A program made the position numbers and the translations under genes. Below the pieces are notes generated by a model, which was not told the DNA's origin, searched no databases, and worked only from the letters and a program-made list of their open reading frames with translations. Positions 16,169 through 19,895 of a stretch of DNA of 19,895 nucleotides are shown here, in pieces. Source of the DNA: an uncultured Deferribacteres bacterium (GTDB lineage Bacteria > Zhuqueibacterota > Zhuqueibacteria > Zhuqueibacterales > Geothermadaptataceae); NCBI GenBank assembly GCA_964014485.1, contig CAXHAT010000150.1:1-19895 (forward strand). The letters are read 5' to 3'. Positions within the stretch are counted from its first letter, which is position 1, and each line of letters begins with the position of its first letter.

Positions 16169-17722
16169 ATGGCTAAAAAATTCTTGCTCACAACGTGCTT
16201 GATTGTCATCAGCACGTTCCAAAACACAATCGCCCAAAACCGAAATCTCACGCTCCCAACTTACCATTGGGCGCAGGATTTTCTGCTTGAACTGCGATTG
16301 AGAAATCCAAACCAAACGCTTTTCAGCGGCGCGCGGCCTTTTTCCGTGCATCAAATTTCGAACGTCTTGCAAAGCCAAACCACCAACACTGGTTTCGAGA
16401 AATTTCTCCATCAACGCCTCGGAGATTTCCAAAATGGTTTTGCGCCGAAACTTGATCTCAATGACGGCGAACCGGTTTTCCATCTTGGCGCGATTGCTTC
16501 GAACCGCTTTGGGCGCATCGACGGGGAAGCGCGCTCGGTGCTTTCGAATCGTTTTCTTATGGGCGCGTCGTTTTCGCCGAATTTTCATGTCGTCAACGCG
16601 TTGCATTTTGACGAAAGTCTGCTGACTGATCCGAATTACGTCGGGCGGGTCTGGAACGACATTGCCGTTTTTACCGAGCAGGCCTACGGGATTTATGCCC
16701 GCGAACGTTTTTCGCTCAAATTCGGGCGCGATTTTCTGAGGTGGGGGAGAGGGCGGGACGCTTCGCTGATTCTGTCCGATCATTCGCGCACCATCGACCA
16801 TTTTCAATTTCAATGGCGTTCGAAGAAGTTCCAATTTACCTGGTTCGCCGGAAAGCTCGACCCGATGCGCGTTTCAGATTCAGTGGCGGCCGCACTTGGC
16901 GCGCCAAAAGCGGAGCGCTATCTCACCGGCGGGCGCGTTGATTTTTCTTTTTTTAATAACAAATTGCAGCTCGGCGCGGCGCAGACGGTTTTGTACGGCA
17001 CGGCGGGCGGACCGAAGTGGTTTTTTCTCAATCCGTTCATCGTCTATCACGGCGAAATCCTGAACGACGGCCTCGAAGCCAACAGCATGGGCGCGGTTGA
17101 TTTTAGCTTTTTCCCCAAACCGGGACTGGAATTTTACGGCGAGCTTTTTATCGACGACTTCCAGCTCGAAGCGAGCGTGATCGATGATTTGGAGCCGAAT
17201 GAAATCGGCGTGATTCTCGGCGGCGAGATCGCCGATCCGGGCAATGTTTCAGGTATGGCGTTGGGCGCGGAATACACGCGCGTCACCAATCGCACCTACA
17301 ATTCGCCGACGGAGTTTGATAAATATTTACACCGCAACCGCAGTCTCGGACATTTTCTCGGCAACGATTTTGACCGCTGGCTTTTGCACGGACGGCACTA
17401 CTTCGGCGGCGGCCTGCAAGTTTTTCTCAGCGCCGAATTTTTGCGCAAAGGCGAAGGCCGCATCGACGCAATCTTCGACACGCCGTGGCTCAATTCCACG
17501 CTCGAACAAGGCTACTCCGAGCCGTTCCCGACCGGCGTTGTTGAAAAGACCAAAAAGTTCTCACTCCGTTTGCGCTGGCAACCCAAATGGCGCGTCTTCG
17601 CGGAAGTCGCCGGTTCCTACGCTTCGTCAAACAACTTCGCCAACATCGAAAACGCCGAGAATTCAGGCACGGAAGTTTCTCTGAGATTGTGGTATGAGTG
17701 GCATAAGTTTTTGAAGCTTTAA
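16169..17722 (+). CDS. Capsule assembly Wzi-family outer-membrane beta-barrel protein
   Basis: Signal-peptide-like start MAKKFLLTTCLIVISTFQNTIA at ATG 16169, Wzi-like GR....WG.G...SLILSD motif, alternating aromatic beta-strands, and locus context. Confidence 0.72.
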   Translation: MAKKFLLTTCLIVISTFQNTIAQNRNLTLPTYHWAQDFLLELRLRNPNQTLFSGARPFSVHQISNVLQSQTTNTGFEKFLHQRLGDFQNGFAPKLDLNDGEPVFHLGAIASNRFGRIDGEARSVLSNRFLMGASFSPNFHVVNALHFDESLLTDPNYVGRVWNDIAVFTEQAYGIYARERFSLKFGRDFLRWGRGRDASLILSDHSRTIDHFQFQWRSKKFQFTWFAGKLDPMRVSDSVAAALGAPKAERYLTGGRVDFSFFNNKLQLGAAQTVLYGTAGGPKWFFLNPFIVYHGEILNDGLEANSMGAVDFSFFPKPGLEFYGELFIDDFQLEASVIDDLEPNEIGVILGGEIADPGNVSGMALGAEYTRVTNRTYNSPTEFDKYLHRNRSLGHFLGNDFDRWLLHGRHYFGGGLQVFLSAEFLRKGEGRIDAIFDTPWLNSTLEQGYSEPFPTGVVEKTKKFSLRLRWQPKWRVFAEVAGSYASSNNFANIENAENSGTEVSLRLWYEWHKFLKL

Positions 17723-17737
17723 TCGCAGTTTTTTCTA

Positions 17738-18209
17738 AACGCAGAGCCGCAAAGAACGCAGAGAAATGACAAATTTTAGACGGGATTACAGGATAGAACT
17801 GGATTTAGGTCTTCTGAAGCAAACTACAAATATCTTGTAAATCCTGTTAATCCGGTCAAAAAATAACATACTGGTTTCCGGCTTGTTGGCTCGTTGCCAA
17901 GCTGCACTTGGCAACGCAATTGTTTTCGAAGTTCTGCTTCGAGTCAAAAAAATGCGAAGTACAACTTCGCGAGCAGGCCCCGTTAACCAAGCTCCAGCTT
18001 GGTAACGAGAAGAAAGCGGAGACAGGAGTGCAAAGCTTGCTTTGCCTTTCCGGCTCGTTACCAAGTTACACTTGGTAACGCAATTGTTCTCGAAGTTCTA
18101 CTTCGAGTCAAAAAAATGCGAAGTACAACTTCACGAACAGGCTCCGTTACCAAGCTCCAGCTTGGTAACGAGAATCAACCAAACTCAGCGCTCTCCGCAG
18201 CTCTGCGTT
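17738..18209. repeat. Composite repeat array: a family A inverted pair enclosing one family B element and two tandem family C-related elements
   Basis: aacgcagagccgcaaagaacgcagag (17738-17763) / ctcagcgctctccgcagctctgcgtt (18184-18209). Family B at 17776-17861. Near-identical 124/123-bp copies at 17888-18011 and 18052-18174. Confidence 0.9.
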
Positions 18210-18217
18210 AAATTTAC

Positions 18218-18246
18218 TTGGCCGCTTGATCAAGCCGTATTAAATT
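18218..18246 (+). promoter_or_regulatory. Candidate sigma70 promoter of pgi with a palindrome in the spacer
   Basis: TTGGCC (18218-18223) -17 nt- TAAATT (18241-18246). Perfect palindrome gcttgatcaagc at 18224-18235. Confidence 0.35.
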
Positions 18247-18290
18247 GCCCGCTTCAAAATTAGACTGATCCTGAACCACAATCGAGGAGG

Positions 18291-19637
18291 ATGAAGGTGG
18301 CTGATCATATCGAGCTTGATCTCAGTTTTGCGAAGCCGGAGGCTGCTGGCGAGCATGGCGTTGGCGTGCAGGAAATCACAGGGCTGCAAGAGCGCGCGGA
18401 AGAAATTCATGCGGATTTGAGCGAAAAACGACGCTCCGGCGCATTACCTTTTTACAATTTGCCTTACGAAGAACAGATGGCGGCGGAAATGCGCCAGTTC
18501 GCCGACGACATTGCCGGGAAGTTTGAGAATTACGTTCACGTCGGCATTGGCGGCTCGTCGCTGGGGCCGAAGGCGGTTCACAGCGCTTTGCACCATCCGC
18601 AATACAACGCCCTGCCCGCCGAAAAACGCGGCAACCGCCCGCGCATGTTTTTTCTGGAAAACGTCGATCCCGATTCGGTCAACGCGGTGTTTGACATTAT
18701 CGACGTTTCGAAAACGCTGTTCAACGTTGTGACCAAGTCCGGCAGCACGGCGGAGACGGCGGCGATTTTTTTGGTCGTTTGCGGCGCGCTGCAGGAAGCG
18801 CTGGGCGAGCGCTGGCGCGAAAATATCGTTTTTACCACTGATCCCGAAAACGGCGACTTGCGCAAGCTTGCCAAGTCTGAGCAAATTTTAGCGTTTTCCA
18901 TCAATCCCGGCGTTGGCGGAAGGTTTTCGGTGTTCACGCCGGTCGGCCTGCTTCCCGCCGCGATTTCGGGACTGGATATTTCTGAATTGCTCGCCGGCGC
19001 CGCCGCGATGGACGAACGCTGCAAAACCGCCGATCTTGAGGCGAATCCGGCCTACGCTTTCGCGGCGCATCAATATCTCGCCAACGTCAACCACGGCAAA
19101 TCCATCGCGATCATGTTCCCCTACGCCGACGCGCTTTACGATGCGGCGGATTGGTTCTGCCAATTGTGGGGCGAAAGTCTGGGCAAGGAAAAAGCGCTGG
19201 ACGGCGGCACGGTCAACGTCGGGCAAACGCCGGTGAAAGCCCTCGGCGCGGTTGATCAACACAGCCAGGTGCAGCTCTACATCGAAGGGCCGAACGACAA
19301 GTTTTTCACTTTTCTGCGCGTTGAGAATTTCAAAAACGCCGTCACGATCCCGCCGCTTTTCAGCGATTACAAAAGCTACGGCTACCTCGGCGACAAATCA
19401 CTGCAAATGCTCTTGAACGCAGAACAGGAAGCGACGGCGGAAGCGCTGGCCGCGCACCATCGTCCCGGGATGACGATCACATTTCCCCGCGTTTCGGCGC
19501 ATACGCTTGGACAATTTTTCTACCTGCTGGAAGTCGCCACTGCTTTCTCCGGAGGATTGTATAATATCGATCCGTTTGATCAACCAGGGGTTGAGCATGG
19601 CAAAATATTGACTTACCGGAAAATGGGTAGAGAATAA
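18291..19637 (+). CDS. pgi: Glucose-6-phosphate isomerase
   Basis: GIGGSSLG, TKSGSTAET, VGGRFSVFTPVGL, QLWGESLGK, DQHSQVQLY and PFDQPGVE.GK. RBS GAGGAGG (the start could be GTG 18297). Confidence 0.96.
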   Translation: MKVADHIELDLSFAKPEAAGEHGVGVQEITGLQERAEEIHADLSEKRRSGALPFYNLPYEEQMAAEMRQFADDIAGKFENYVHVGIGGSSLGPKAVHSALHHPQYNALPAEKRGNRPRMFFLENVDPDSVNAVFDIIDVSKTLFNVVTKSGSTAETAAIFLVVCGALQEALGERWRENIVFTTDPENGDLRKLAKSEQILAFSINPGVGGRFSVFTPVGLLPAAISGLDISELLAGAAAMDERCKTADLEANPAYAFAAHQYLANVNHGKSIAIMFPYADALYDAADWFCQLWGESLGKEKALDGGTVNVGQTPVKALGAVDQHSQVQLYIEGPNDKFFTFLRVENFKNAVTIPPLFSDYKSYGYLGDKSLQMLLNAEQEATAEALAAHHRPGMTITFPRVSAHTLGQFFYLLEVATAFSGGLYNIDPFDQPGVEHGKILTYRKMGRE

Positions 19638-19727
19638 AATGCACACCTAAAAGAAGAAAAAAAGTCCGGGTTTCACTGCCCGGCAACTGCCGCGGGAAGC
19701 GAAGTGTGCATCGCTTTCCCACCCCAT

Positions 19728-19768
19728 AAAGCCCGCTGAAAACTGGATGTTTTCAGCGGGCTTTTTTT
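19728..19768 (+). terminator. Rho-independent terminator
   Basis: aaagcccgctgaaaac-tggat-gttttcagcgggcttt forms a perfect 16-bp stem followed by a T-run. Confidence 0.9.
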
Positions 19769-19832
19769 GTTTAGAGCAGATAGAGGAGCGAAAAGCATGC
19801 TTTGCCAATCTTCCGATTTTTGACGATAGTTT

Positions 19833-19895
19833 TGGAATGGTGGAATGGTGGAATGGTGGAATGGTGGAATGGTGGAATGGTGGAATGGTGGAATG
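19833..19895. repeat. Perfect 8-bp tandem repeat (TGGAATGG)n, truncated by the window end
   Basis: Seven full units plus 7 nt of an eighth. Confidence 0.97.

Noticed and set aside
17888..18174. CRISPR array
   Set aside because: There are only two 124-bp units with internal hairpins, no 25-45 bp repeat/unique spacer pattern and no cas genes.
17786..18263. ORFs 17786-18064(-), 17999-18211(+) and 18042-18263(+)
   Set aside because: They lie within the composite repeat array.
19674..19700. Cobalamin riboswitch (CACTG...GGGAAG motif)
   Set aside because: The other conserved B12-element segments are absent, and the site is downstream of pgi rather than in an evident leader.
46..19722. Numerous long minus-strand and off-frame ORFs (e.g. 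496-1191, 5790-6572, 14628-15506, 16028-16834)
   Set aside because: They are shadow ORFs overlapping well-supported + strand genes and carry no family motifs.
19833..19895. Eukaryotic (GGAAT)n satellite contamination or telomere
   Set aside because: The unit is a strict 8-mer rather than the 5-mer satellite, and it is contiguous with bacterial sequence.

Overview
A bacterial surface-polysaccharide (capsule/EPS/O-antigen-type) biosynthesis locus. All 14 credible genes are on the + strand. In order: a divergent Gfo/Idh/MocA oxidoreductase, a bi-domain MDR+Gfo/Idh/MocA oxidoreductase, an (alpha/alpha)6-barrel-like protein, an inserted DUF4160/DUF2442 toxin-antitoxin-like pair, a RifK/BtrR-like DegT aminotransferase, a DUF354 protein, a large polyprenyl-phosphate sugar phosphotransferase, a third Gfo/Idh/MocA enzyme, a hexapeptide N-acyltransferase, an NAD-dependent epimerase, an HddA-like heptose kinase, a GmhA-GmhB fusion, a Wzi-like outer-membrane protein and pgi. 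A strong terminator and an 8-bp tandem repeat running off the window end follow. The most unusual property is non-coding. Most larger intergenic gaps hold short palindromic REP/MITE-like elements from at least six distinct families, often nested inside one another. One arm of one family sits in-frame inside a protein-coding gene (4197-4248). Family calls come from motif recognition only; no searches were run.
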